A DNA stretch of 62,838 nucleotides, counting the filler, from Sphacelaria rigidula (taxonomy: Eukaryota): the NCBI GenBank assembly GCA_964200075.2. It is 9 parts of 9 records of this genome, joined end to end, with 100 filler letters (N's around TTAATTAATTAA, not from the genome) between each part and the next. Parts side by side here need not be neighbours in the genome. Positions count along the whole stretch, not along the records: positions 1 to 6,894 come from CAXNAA020017544.1; positions 6,995 to 13,888 come from CAXNAA020017545.1; 7 more parts are not named here. One strand, 5' to 3'. A program made the translations under genes and the position numbers. The notes under the pieces are model-generated. The model was not told where the DNA came from, made no database searches, and saw only the letters and a list, made by a program, of their open reading frames with translations. Position 1 is the first letter of the stretch, and every line of letters begins with the position of its first letter. Below are positions 1 to 11,673 of this stretch, one piece after another.

Positions 1-41
<41 letters not shown>
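1..41. repeat. (ATA)n microsatellite at contig start
   Basis: Direct reading. Confidence 0.95.
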
Positions 42-616
42 CGGCGGTCCTAAAGTTTGGGGGCATTTGGGGTGATCACATGCCCTTCTGAGAACCCCGA
101 TAGCTGGCGGTTTAAAACTCGAAGAAGAGATAATTGAAAAAAGATTCATCATGCTCAATAGTATACATGTGCAAAGATTTTCGGTCTAACGCCAAGAATC
201 GGCTTGAACATTTGCGCTTTGGTGCGATGAGCTGTGCTCGAAAGATACAAACTTTCATCTACTTGATTTTGGAACGGAAGTGTATTTGAGCGTTGAAATG
301 AGATAACCTGATGAGCATTTCGAGTGTTGCGATGAACCATGCTACAAATGTTCCTTAGACTACCATCGGACGCGGGAATGTGTTGTTTTTCTCTAACGTA
401 TCATATACCGGCTTCCTAGGGTCTTCACGCGTGGACTCCCGGAAGCCGGTAAAGACTGGATGAGCTTTGACGTATATCCCATACTACACTTTTTCATTCG
501 GAGCATGAATACCTACCGAACTACCAAGTTTGAAAGCGATCTGCGATTCTCTACAATAGATGTATGGGAATCCGGTGCGTATCATCAGAGAAAATTCGGC
601 GACGCCGAAGCCCCTA

Positions 617-700
617 TGACGATTTACAGGCAACCGATTAGACTACCGTACAGTCAGCGCTGACTGTACGGTAGTCTAATCGATTGCCTATAAATCGTCA
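617..700. repeat. Spacer-less palindrome with a perfect 48-bp core (635-682)
   Basis: CGATTAGACTACCGTACAGTCAGC|GCTGACTGTACGGTAGTCTAATCG. The flanks TGACGATTTACAGGCAAC and ATTGCCTATAAATCGTCA extend it with 2 mismatches. Confidence 0.9.
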
Positions 701-1804
701 CACCCCGCATCACCGAAGTACCACGGTTCGGGGTACAAGTCGATCCCATCGTAACCGTTTTCAAATTTGTTTCTGTTCGTTAGATTCCCGAGCTGACGGC
801 GGTTTCCACGATTTGAAGCATGTGGAGATTTCGAGAAAACCATTGAGTCAGGAATTAGTATGCTCGATTTCAGAATAATCCGGAGGCCGCTGATTGGTCG
901 AGGTGAAAATTCCTCCTGAGCGCCACCCCTATGACCTTGAACACAATTCCGACAACGTCACCCTGTTCAGTGTCTGTAGCGGTCATGGTATGATACCATG
1001 AACGCTCCTATTGGATACGTATTGTGAAACGGGTTTACTGCCAGCACACGTTGAGGTGATAAGCCTGGACCAGCTCGTGCGTGATTTTCTTGTTTTCTGC
1101 TGTTTTCTCCTTTCGTTTCTTGTTCTCGTTTTGCTCTATTTCTATCGAGCTAGAGTCACAGGGTCTATATACCTCGGGTAACTCTACCCATCTGATGATA
1201 GCAAAACGGCCGGATCCGCTGCGAATTACTTGAGGTAACATCACCGATCGACCTTTCAATCAATCAACCTGTGTGTACAATTGGACAGTATGTGTGCCAA
1301 GCTATGTAGAAAGCGGATTGTCCGAATCGTCCCATAGATCCACGCAATGAAAGTCGTGCTTGTTCACACGATTGCAAGACAAAACACGTTCAATAGTGCC
1401 TCCTACAGTACGCTGTCCCACAAAGTGCGGCGTCCCAGCCACAGTGCACTCGGAATACATTTGCACGCGCCCACGTCGTCATCGAATATTTCTAGACAGA
1501 AGCACTATTCTGCATATGTATTTTATTCGTCTCAAACTTTCGACTCCATCCCTCCGTCGGAAAGATATTGTAGTCTCGAGGGATCGGTCAATCTCTCTTT
1601 CGATATCCCCGCCTTGCACAATCATCAAACAGTGAATCACCACTCCTGCATTCCGTTGACGTTCATAAAACTATTCCGCCAGCTCTGGTTTGCATATACT
1701 GGGACTATAGGAACCAGAAATATAACTCCATTATGGGACTTCCGACTAAACAATCCGCGCCCAGTATGGTCGGTATGACAGATTGACCACCGAGGCGAAG
1801 CGGA

Positions 1805-1858
1805 ATTGATTGATTGATTGATTGATTGACTGATTGATTGATTGATTGATTGATTGAC

Positions 1859-1892
<34 letters not shown>
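1805..1892. repeat. (ATTG)n microsatellite, possibly the tail of a minus-strand retroposon
   Basis: Direct reading. Shorter TGAT/CAAT tracts also occur at ~1257-1267 and ~14610-14630. Confidence 0.85.
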
Positions 1893-1894
<2 letters not shown>

Positions 1895-2081
1895 GTACTT
1901 TAACTGACCCCCCAGGGGTCCAGCCGCAGTCGGAATTACACACGCTGAACTGTGGGGTCCACCATGGTAGGGGCGGGGCAGTCTCGAGACCGATCGCCCG
2001 AACCCGGTACCACGACTCGTATCCCAAAGCCCATCACTACACGTTAGTAGCATTTTGCCTTCACTTTGGAAAATGACTCAC

Positions 2082-2130
2082 CTCTTGCCGGGTGCGCCGA
2101 AGGTCATCCCCGTCCTCGTCCTCGTCGTCC

Positions 2131-2164
<34 letters not shown>

Positions 2165-2243
2165 CGTCGTCGTCTTCATCGTCTTCATCGTCCTCCTCGT
2201 CGTCGTCGTCGTCCTCATCTTCGTTGCCAACGCAGAGAAACAT
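2082..2243 (-). CDS. Asp/Glu-rich putative exon, parent gene unknown
   Basis: EDEDDDDDEEDD...LRRTRQE followed by a strong donor GAG|GTGAGT at 2081. Low complexity, so it may be spurious. Confidence 0.3.
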
Positions 2244-2527
2244 TGAGCATAAGGCGGTCGTGGGACCTTATCGGTGTTGTACTTCTAAAATGGAGGCTTT
2301 CCTCCCACATGTTACCCTTGAATAGGAACAACGCTAGTGAAGAGATTTCCCGGGAAAGTGGCAATCCTCTCCTTTTTGCTGGGATTTTTCACATATCTAG
2401 AACCGATTTCACATATAAACGCAAGTGTTCGAGCCACTGAAAAAGTTGCCAAGTGTGAAAATTCAGGATTGCAACGATGATGTCCTTGATAACTCGATAG
2501 CAAACACGAAAGTACTTTGAATGTTCA

Positions 2528-4354
2528 CTCCCCCTGTTCCATAAGAAAGGTCGGTGATGGGATGCATTTCGTATCTGCGCAACGGCGGTGCCTACTATGA
2601 TATCGTTAGATTCATTGGAAATATCAAGTCATGAAAATGCTCATAGAAACAAGAACAATCGGAGTCATGGTTATTGAGAATGCTTAGAGGATGGAATTAT
2701 TCATTTTCTGGGATTTGTTTCGAGAATTGCGCGCTTTTCAAGACCAATCCCGGCGTTTCATCGTCCACTACGTACCACAACGACGATGTACGCTCCCGGG
2801 CACACATCCCGACGCCGTCAACGTTGCGCCGAAGTATCATTGGGTCGCCGCTACGACATGGCGGAGAGAGCGCTGGTTATTCCGCCAGGAAATTCAAGGG
2901 TGCCGAAGGGTACTCTAGGTCTGCCCACCGAGCGCTACGGTGTTGGTCCCGAGTACCCGATAGAACTATCGCGAATCTGCCAAGTTTAGAAAGATGGGAC
3001 CGCGTAGCTCGTTCTTCCACACAAACGTCGGAGTGGGCGGCCGTAGCTTCCCACTCCAAGAGAGATGGGCTACGGACGGCAAACAAGCAGAATCGGTACA
3101 AGATGCCCAGACAAGCGTCCAATCAGCTGAAAAAGGTTGGGCTGGAATACAGCAAAGAGACCGTGAAGCGGTTGTTCAGGGAAGAGGGGACGGTAATGGT
3201 GCCTCGTCGCACCGAGCATGCCTTTTGCGAAGCCCAGAAGAAATGCCGAGGAGTTAATTTCTGCGACCAGGTGGACGAGACAATCGGGGACGAACTCCCT
3301 TGACCAAGAAAACGCTATCCATCTAGACCAAAGCGTTTTTGATTTCAAGAATGAGGAGGGGCATAGAGTCTTCCCGGGTGAAGCTGTTCTCGGGCTTCCG
3401 CTTACAACACAAGAGCCACCTTTCGGAGATAACGATGACGTGGCAAACGCGCCGCGGTACCCGAGCTACGATTTCGGTGCGAACATTGGTATCTGGCGCA
3501 TTCGCGTCCTGAGAACGGCCTAGCGATTGTCCCAGATTAAGTAGAAGGGGCAAGAGTACAAGTTCGATTGCACCATCGACGCCGACAGGTACAAGGTATG
3601 GTACGTCGACAAATTTCTTCCTGCAATCAATCTCAAGATACCGTGGCTACGTTCAAAGCGATTAGCAGTGCAGTAGGAAGGCACGAGCCCCTACACGGGG
3701 AAAAGACAACCCCGAAATTCTCGACTCTGCGGGCATGCGGCGGGGTTGGGTGGTAGAGCTTGTGACGCAGCCTTCCAGGTCGCCTAACTTGAGCATCGAC
3801 GGCTTGGGCGTTGCATGTCTGAAGTCAAAGGTACGGGGAATGAGCGCCATTTTGATAGACGGGTTGATGGAGACTAGCTTCAAGTGGTACGAAGAGGGCG
3901 ACAGTAGCACGTTAGACTGGATTTGGCAAAGCCTCTTCAAGGACTACCAAACAATCCGTGGGTTTGGCGGGAACGAATTTAGTGTAGAGCAGAGCAGTGT
4001 TCCGGTGTGGAAGAGGGCCGGAACGTTAGAAAAGGTGGTGAAGTACGATAATGAGGCCATCATTCAGGCTTGGGACTACCCAGTATCAAATTTCAGTGAC
4101 GGCGAGAACGGCTAGGTTTAGTTGTTTTTCCGGGGGTTCTAGGTTTTGGATTACCCGAAATACAGGCGAGGAACGGCCATTCTCGGGCCGACAGCTTCCT
4201 TTTCGGCCGTTCGCCCACGTTTGGTGGTGTGCGGACTAGATATTTTCCGACTAAAACAAAGGGCCAAGGATTTTGAAAGCGATACCCCTTACGCATTGGA
4301 CACGGTTGAGGGCCTGCGGAAACAAAACACATCATGATTGTGGGACGGAGGGAG
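2528..4354 (+). mobile_element. Tc1/mariner DNA transposon of the DD39D (Stowaway-type TIR) group, decayed
   Basis: Right end TTGTGGGACGGAGGGAG followed by TA (4355-4356). Degenerate left TIR CTCCCCCTGTTCCATAA at 2528 matches 13/17. Transposase remnants lie between them. Confidence 0.8.
2787..4115 (+). pseudogene. Mariner DD39D transposase pseudogene
   Basis: Frameshifted motifs in the expected order: AIHLDQ (D1), PRYPSYDFGANIGIW, VQ*EGTSPY (for QQDxAxPH), ELVTQPSRSPNLSIDGLG (for QPxNSPDLNxLDLG), STLDWIWQSL...GGNEF...KRAGTL. Confidence 0.85.
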
Positions 4355-5046
4355 TACCGCTTTACCGCCCGTGAAGGCACCGTTCGTTCTGTAATAAACA
4401 ACAAATTTTGGAACAATCACAAGCATCTTTCCCTTCCGTACAAATCGCGGAGACCGAAGTTGCAGGGTAACGCTTCACTATATCTCCGGTTATTCAAATA
4501 GTCTGGCTCATCTGGTACGTAGGTTTTGGTACTGACCTGTACTCAAGTCCTCGCACAATGTGGGGTACATGAAAACTTATCGCTCAGGCTTTCATACAAA
4601 CCAACCAAGTACATGTTGGAATTTAGTACCGGTGCATCCAAAAGAGCCCCGGGAACTAAACAGTTCAGTCTGATGTACAACAAAAGCCAAACTATGCCAG
4701 TATGTTTAATGGCAAAATATGCACCCATTTCGGGATGTGTTTCACGCTAGGTATATATGTATAGGGAGAAGTTCTACGGGGTCAGTTGTTCCCGTGTCAA
4801 AACGTTCCCCGAGTGTTCACAGATGTACGATGAAGGAGACTTCGAAACGTCATAAGTGTGAGTGATAAATTCCTCCTGGCATTGCGCCAACTTGAGAGTA
4901 CTTTTGTTCGATATATTTAGAGAAAGTGAATGCTTCCTCCCGGGGTTTCTTTTGACTTGCCCTGATCCAGGCACTTATCCCGTTAGTTGTCGCTGCAGAT
5001 TTCACACAAGTAGGGGGGGATATGCAACATCTGAGTGGCGAGTACA

Positions 5047-6560
5047 TACCTTGGCGTGTGCCATCCCACAAAAGCGTACAAAGGCTTGCCGGCGCGGCAA
5101 AATACGCTGTACAGCTAGCTCGACGACATGCATGCTGTTGCGTGCTCACAAACCGGTTGTTCTCATGGGTACTGATACTATGTTTTCTGATCTCGAAGGC
5201 GACCGCGGGCTCATCCTGTCGGCTTCGGGCAGGTTCGGTGACGGTGACGGCTGCTCAGACCAGAGTACGCAGTTTCGTTCGAGGAAAGTGACGGAGAAGG
5301 ACCGGGTAGATCCACGTCGGCACTGCAGACCAGGGGTGCAACAGCTGCTCCGATGAAGGTTAAGGGGAGGGACTAGGCCAGTTCCGCGACGATGCTGGTG
5401 ACGCAGACAAGAAATGTCTCGATTCTGCCGACGGATACATTGGTGGAACTGCCGTATATGTAGTGTGCGCCGCGAGCGCTGTCAACGGACTTGCCTGGCC
5501 CTTCTCCGCCACGTCCGTTGGAAAAACCGTCGCGTTCTTGATGCGCGCCTCCAAGGAAAGTGCATCGAGCCTCAGCACGGGCAGGGTATGTCATTACCCC
5601 GTGCGCCTTCAAGAAAAAAGCGAGGTGCTCCGCCGCAGGTATCACTGCTACATGCCCCTATAAGTAGTTATCCCCTAGGATGAATCCTCGATGTTGCTAC
5701 ACCACAGATGCACATGAGACTTGGACCGCGATTGTAGCTGGTTGGGATATGCTGGAGTCATGATCTCCAGCATCACCATGGTGGCTGCTGCGGCTGCCGT
5801 CGAGCGTCCAATAGACACACCCGGCGCCCGTTCAAGAACACAACAATATAGCATCCACGGTACCGTCTGGTAGACATGAAGTGACCAGCTACCCTGCAGT
5901 CGTGCGCAATCTACGTTGCCCCGTCATGGAGCGCACATTGTTCCCTGCCGAGCGATATGCTGACATCCAATGGCGCGCGGATCGATGCGAGAGCAAGCGA
6001 TGCAACGAGGTGCTTTCGAACCCTGGAAACAACACGATAACTGTCCTGTTCGGGTTGACGGTATACCGCAAGTTTTCGACACTCCCGCACTCACACCTCC
6101 TATTACACTACTTCAGGAATACAGCTGTGCATGTATCTGAAGTCATACGCAGTGCATTGCAGAACGAATAGATCTGTTTTGGTCTAATGGCAAGTTCATG
6201 CTATGGCACTAGAATCGTTTGCACTGCCATCGATCCGCTCTCATGATTTCTACCCTTGAGTCTCGCGCTCATTAACGTGGCACCCGGTAGTAACATCGCG
6301 CGGTGGAGTTTCATTCACAAGGTACACTACACACTCCGAGAAGACACTCACCTTTTGGCAGTCCCTCGCTGCTCGTGTCGGTGTGTATATCACCACCAGC
6401 TTCAGCACCACCACCAGCTTCAGCACCGCCACCATCACCAGCACCGCCACCGTCAGCACCACCACCACGAGCACCGTCAGCAGCATTGCCATCACTGCCA
6501 CCGCCACCCTGGTCTGTGGGCCCCATGCCACCCTGTCCATGACGAAAAATATAATTTCAT
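5047..6560 (-). pseudogene. Highly decayed Cys-rich coding relic, possibly a KDZ (Zisupton-like) transposase
   Basis: Stitched across frames: CECGSVENLRYTVNPNRTVIVLFPG..PRCIAC, SCCTP/LVCSAD/LLRHFPR, VCEHATAC..LYSVFCRAGKPLYAFVG. These recall the CxC, CPAC..SxDGN and CRHG motifs. Many stops. Confidence 0.25.
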
Positions 6561-6894
6561 ACATACATAGCCGATGGAACGTGGGATCGGTTGGGGTGAC
6601 TCCTAAAAAGGTTCGATTCTGTGTTCGCGATCAATCGAGTTTTCGTGCAGGAGTGGACTGTGTATGGCCTGGTGCGCACAGCTGCTGCAGCACAGGAAGT
6701 ATGTTTGGAGTTGACTGCTACGGACCCCAGTGCACACACTCTGGAAACGAGTGGGGGAGACGAGTAACTCAAGGTTGCGTACGGTGAGAAGCGACAACAC
6801 TAGAAGTCCTGATGACAGTCGATAGAGCGCTGGCAAGGGGAGTCGCCCTCCTCGGAGTGAAAGTGACGGGGATCGAACCCCCACGACTAACTTT

Positions 6895-6994
6895 NNNNNN
6901 NNNNNNNNNNNNNNNNNNNNNNNNNNNNNNNNNNNNNNTTAATTAATTAANNNNNNNNNNNNNNNNNNNNNNNNNNNNNNNNNNNNNNNNNNNN
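6895..6994. other. Artificial contig linker 1
   Basis: N44-TTAATTAATTAA-N44. Confidence 0.98.
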
Positions 6995-7761
6995 CCCCCC
7001 CCCCCCCCCCCCCCCCCCCGCCTTCACACAAGCGTCCCTAGATGCGGGTAGGGCAGCAAGTCAGTGTGCACGGGCAGCTCTTCCCCTCCCTACAAATGTT
7101 GCAGCTACAGGTGAACTCAATCACAGGCCAGCAACAAACATACCAGATCGAGCTCAACAACAAGGAGGACGGGGGGGCAAGGCTAGGGTTCTGAGGGGCG
7201 TGACATGCGCGGCACATGCCTCGAATCAAAAACTTGGCTCACTGTGCTGTACTGCCTGTGCTGCCGTACTCTGCACACTGTGGTCTGTGTTGCGACATTT
7301 CCCCTGGCCCTACGAGTAGGCATACGCGACCTCATTTATCCGCACATAAACAATTTGCCACATTTATGAGAAGCATTTGTTACAGAATACAAATGCGAGT
7401 TGGGACAACGAGACGAGACGGGATAAGGTAGGAGACATGCACGATTGACTCCTGCAATTTGTAACGCGGGTAGATACTGAGACGAGCAGAACAAGCAATA
7501 ATGAACACAAAGATACAAGAAATGCATTCAAACTCGCACGTTCTACTCTTTTTCTCCTTTGTCCTCTTTTTTTTTCTCCCCCTTGCTTCCTCCACTTGAT
7601 CAACGGGAACGAGCGGCATTGGCGGCAAGCCGCCGTTTCATCTCCGTTACTCTCTGCATGCCTCTGTCTTCGCCTCTGCAGCTGTCTGCCACAGTTTCCT
7701 TTCGTCTGTGTGCTTGTTTCTGCTTGTCTTCCTGCCTTTCTGTACCCTTCTCTGTACTCAC

Positions 7762-7914
7762 CTTACTGTTGTGGTGTTTCCTCGGCGTAGGCCTTTGACA
7801 CGCCCAGCGCTTCACCTCGAAAGGTGAGTTATCTCGACTTTCCTCTTCTGTCAACTCCTCGCCACTTTGATCTGATGGAGGCGACAACCTGTACGGCGCT
7901 TCCGGTACCTTTCT
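7762..7914 (-). CDS. X-family DNA polymerase, exon with BRCT tail and the motif preceding the 8-kDa domain
   Basis: AAG|RKVPEAPYRL...KRWACQRPTPRKHHNSK|GTGAGT, 153 nt, phase 0-0. WACQRPTP..HHN matches the YACQRPTPL.HHN motif of Pol mu/TdT/Pol4. Catalytic exons are not in this contig. Confidence 0.8.
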
Positions 7915-8055
7915 CTTCATATAGGCGACGGCAGTGTCATTGGCCGGGGGATGGGGGGGGGGGGGGGGGGGGGGGGTTTGGGCCAAAAAAAGAAAAAATG
8001 CCCCCGGTGGCACACACACAACCCAAAAAAATATTCCTGCAGCAACAAAAAAAAA

Positions 8056-8065
8056 NNNNNNNNNN
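8056..8065. other. 10-N internal gap within low-quality poly-G intron sequence
   Basis: Direct reading. Confidence 0.9.
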
Positions 8066-8136
8066 CGTTTGTGGTGGGGTAGGCCCGCCGGGTGTGCGTG
8101 GGTCTGCTGGGGTGTTAGGAGGGGGGGGGGGGGGGT

Positions 8137-8179
<43 letters not shown>

Positions 8180-8443
8180 TTGTGTGCCACAAAATGGAAA
8201 CATGCGCCCGCTGCTGACAGCTCAAGCACCAAAGTCTTGCAACTGACACCTCAAAAACACAGGATGGAACAGGGGCAAATTATGGCATCTGTCTTATACT
8301 TTTATATTTGTACGATTCTATGCAGCCATTGCATGCCAGTGCACCCCTCGCCTATCCTCTCGCACCAAAACGCGCAACACTTACCACAGAAGCAACGACA
8401 CGGCATCCGCCCCAACACATCTCGAACACGTGCGTTCGCTCAC

Positions 8444-10279
8444 TTGCTCTCGGAGGCAATTCACCAGCCACTCCTCGCTGACGATTTCAACCGCCGCCTC
8501 CGCCGCCATACCCTCCCCGATACTCCCGCCGCCGTCGCCACCCCCCTCCCTCACCGGTGCCACAGCGGGCGGCTCCGGCAGTAACCCTAGCTCCGCCCAA
8601 AGAGCCCTCCGTGGTGCGCCTGCAGCGCAAATTGCGTGCGTAAACCCCAGGCGGATAAGCTCCGCAACAACGCTACTGCCACCGCCCCGATAGCCACTAC
8701 TCCAGCTACCAGAACCGTCGCGCCCGGCTACATCACTCCCAGCGGCAGTCGCGCACCCAGTGTTGCCGCTATTGGTGGTACCGGTAGTTGTCATGGTGGT
8801 AGTGGTGGCGGCGGTGATGATAGGGTCGTCGCTGTCGTTGGTCACAGATCGCGTTGACAAGCGCTCCAACGGACATTCACCAGAACGCTTCGTGGAACTT
8901 GGCGCGACGCTTTGTTCAGAACGTTTCGCGGAACATGCAATATGATCCAGGTTCTGTGGAGGAGACGGAATAGACACCAGTTGATCCCGCCGCCGCCGCG
9001 GCGGCGTTGGTGGCACCCTCGGCGTGCCCCGAACCCCCGAAGTTTGCCACGAGGAGCCCTGACGAGCCCGCTTCTTACCCTTGCCCTTCCCTCGTTTAAC
9101 GTGCTTGTTGCGTGCAAGGGAGCCGAGTAGTGACGCCGCCCCACGAGCAGTGGCGGGGGATAGGCCCGGCGGCGGCTCAGGACCTGCCCCGTCGTTATTG
9201 TTCGCGGCTACCTGGAGGGATGATGGCGTTATCGGCCAGTCCACAGCTTCGGCACCAAACTGCGCCGCTCTATCTCGGAAAAGATTCCGGCGTTGCCTGG
9301 ACAGACCGAGCTTGATGAGCGCTACACGCAAGCCTTCCAGCGTCCCCATTGCTGCCATCGGTGGCGCCGCTGCCTGTGGTGGAGGCGGTGGCGACGTGGG
9401 TTGTCGAGCAGACGGCGGAGGTTTGCTGTTGTATGCTGCTGCCTTGTTCGCCGATGGTTGTTCCACCATGGAGGTTTCGTCGCCTTGACGATATTGTCCA
9501 TCGTCTGACGGGGAGACAGAGCCTCGTCGGTCATGAGTATTACCTCTTGACACACTTTCTGCGTGGCCGCATGTCTCCTCCTCATCCTTGTCGGCATCAC
9601 AGCCGCCGCCGCTGCGCGGGGGACCAATGATATTCTCAGAGTTCACTTCACTACAACTCAGAGCATGCGGTTCCTGGTAAATGATCTGGGGTACGGGCAT
9701 TTCGAACGTCTCTGTGTTTTCTAGACTGTTCTCCATTCGCACGCTGTTCATCGTGTCGCTAATCCCGCAGGAGTCACTGCTAACCCCACGGGTTCTTCGG
9801 GAGTTGGATTTCTTTTGGTTCTTGCATCGCACGTCCGATCCGTCGTCCGCATCGCCATAATCGGTCCCAGCGGCTGCGGCAGTCGCAGCAGCACTCGCTT
9901 TAGTGCTATCATCCATGACATTGCCTATCCTATCATCACACATCGTGTCGCTCCCTGCTCTGTTGTTTGTGGTACCATCATGTTCCCCTCCTCCACCTCC
10001 ATGTCCCCCTTCTCCGTATGCCCTACTCCGTTCAGTATCACCGATGGTGCTGCTTGTCGCCGCTCCTGATGTCGTCGCTACCGCCACCACTGCTGCGACC
10101 GCCGGGGGAAGACAGTCGACGACACGAATTACCCCGGGGAAGCCTCTACAAAAGCTGAAACCGTCACCGATTCCCAGCACTGCTGATTGTCCTCGCGAGA
10201 GAAGTGCGCTCTCAACCCGGGTGGACGACTTCATGAACACGACCGTGCAATTGAGAGGGGATGTCGCGGAAGGGCAATG
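8444..10279 (-). CDS. X-family DNA polymerase (Pol lambda-like), large exon: end of FHA, linker, split BRCT
   Basis: TAG|HCPSAT...LREQ|GTGAGC, 1836 nt, phase 0-0. LEGLRVALIKLGLSRQRRNLFRDRAAQFGA..GFTHAIC..EIVSEEWLVNCLRE resembles the Pol lambda BRCT. LLSRGQSAVLGIGDGFSF resembles the last FHA strands. Confidence 0.8.
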
Positions 10280-10821
10280 CTAGAGGTGAGTGTCCGTGTC
10301 AGGGTCTGGGGTGCGGAGGTAGGATTAGGTTCAGGCATTATCGCGCATGCAACTTGTCCTCCTGAGACAACGAACACGCTCTACCCCGTACTGCGCAGTA
10401 GTTCATGTGCGTTAGATCTCCTGTGGTTGCCAACTCAGCTTAGCCGCGCAGGGAAGTCCACGCTCCCTGTCATTCCCACACAGTGCATGCCTACGTAATA
10501 CACCGACGCTAGGGGCATCCATATATATCACGTGTCGCAATGCCTCTTTAGTCCCGGCAATACGAGGGCGGTGAGCTTGCTGGCAGTCATAACGAAGCTC
10601 TCAGTACGACCGTACTTAATCCTGGAGACAGTATGAGAGGGCGGGGTTTTTCTTACCGCGGCCTATTCACACTTTACGAAAAGTGGACATGCTTATGGCA
10701 CGAAAATATCCTTCATTAATGATCGCAAAAGCTTCGGGGTCAAAGGCATCGTTAGATTGCATGCTGGCATTCCCGCCTATTCCTTTGACAATGTGCTGTG
10801 GATGCATGGCACAGAACACAC

Positions 10822-10984
10822 CTGTTCGCGGCGAACGAGCACGATCGGGTTAACCCCCAAGACGGTCACGCGCACGCTTGGCTGTGGGGCGAGCTTCTCC
10901 ACCGAAGTAGGGGATAGCAGCTCGATCCTGATGTGCTGGCGGCTAATGGATGGATCTGTCAGGCTTTGCCGCATGTACTCCGAG
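10822..10984 (-). CDS. FHA-domain exon (PNKP/aprataxin/APLF type) of the same gene
   Basis: CAG|cSEYMRQSLTDPSISRQHIRIEL...VRVTVLGVNPIVLVRREQ|GTGTGT. Contains SRxH and LGxNP motifs and joins the next exon in frame. The upstream exon was not identified. Confidence 0.75.
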
Positions 10985-11585
10985 CTGTTTGGTGATTTTT
11001 GGAGAGGGATACGGAATAATCAAGGTGGGAGAGGAATGGAAACGGTATTTACGCATGAACAGGAGACCTTCAACAGAGGCAGAACCGCCGTGCACTTTTA
11101 ATATTCTTCATGCGCGAACACGAGAAGCGTGAAGTAGCTCAAACCAAGTCCAAACGTGAAAATTGACAATTTTCCCCACCAATTGAGGTACGCTCAAGGC
11201 TCAACACCTTTTCAACTTTCAGGTGACCGGCAATGAACAAAATCTACCCGCAGGGGGATATGTACGATATAAATAGTGCGTGAGATGTTAATTAAAAAAA
11301 ACATGATTTCCCTCGAACCGTTGCGTCACACATGCGTACATCGATTATACGGCAGCGTAGTGCGGCAGTTCAACACATGATGACTGGGTTGGTGAAACGT
11401 GTACTTTTATTTATCTATCGCTGCCGATGGAAACAGATGACATGAACAATGAATCATGATCGGGTTCGCTGAAGGTACAGCCTAGACTGAGCAACAAACA
11501 GCAATCGATATTCACAATAGAGGCAAGGGGCCCAACAAAACACAGGCTAGGTAAACCCCTCCTCGCCCCTGGTGAATGAGTGCGG

Positions 11586-11673
11586 GCCTGGTCCGGCGAA
11601 ACCCGGCGTGCGTCGTCCCGGCTTTGTAGGGATGCGAGGTCAATGGTCTTATGGCTATGGCATGCATGATCAA
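11586..11673 (+). repeat. Dispersed ~90-bp repeat (..GCGAGGTCAATGGTCTTATGGCTATGGCATGCATGATCA..)
   Basis: Related copies at 21067-21167 (two units), 34969-35033 (minus) and a fragment near 23917. Confidence 0.8.

Noticed and set aside
1185-1240. Hammerhead ribozyme (CTGATGA core; also near 61029)
   Set aside because: I could not build the GAAA core with stems I and III.
7600-8584. Poly-Pro and poly-Gly ORFs
   Set aside because: They run through poly-G tracts and an N gap in an intron; only 7762-7914 has exon and motif support.
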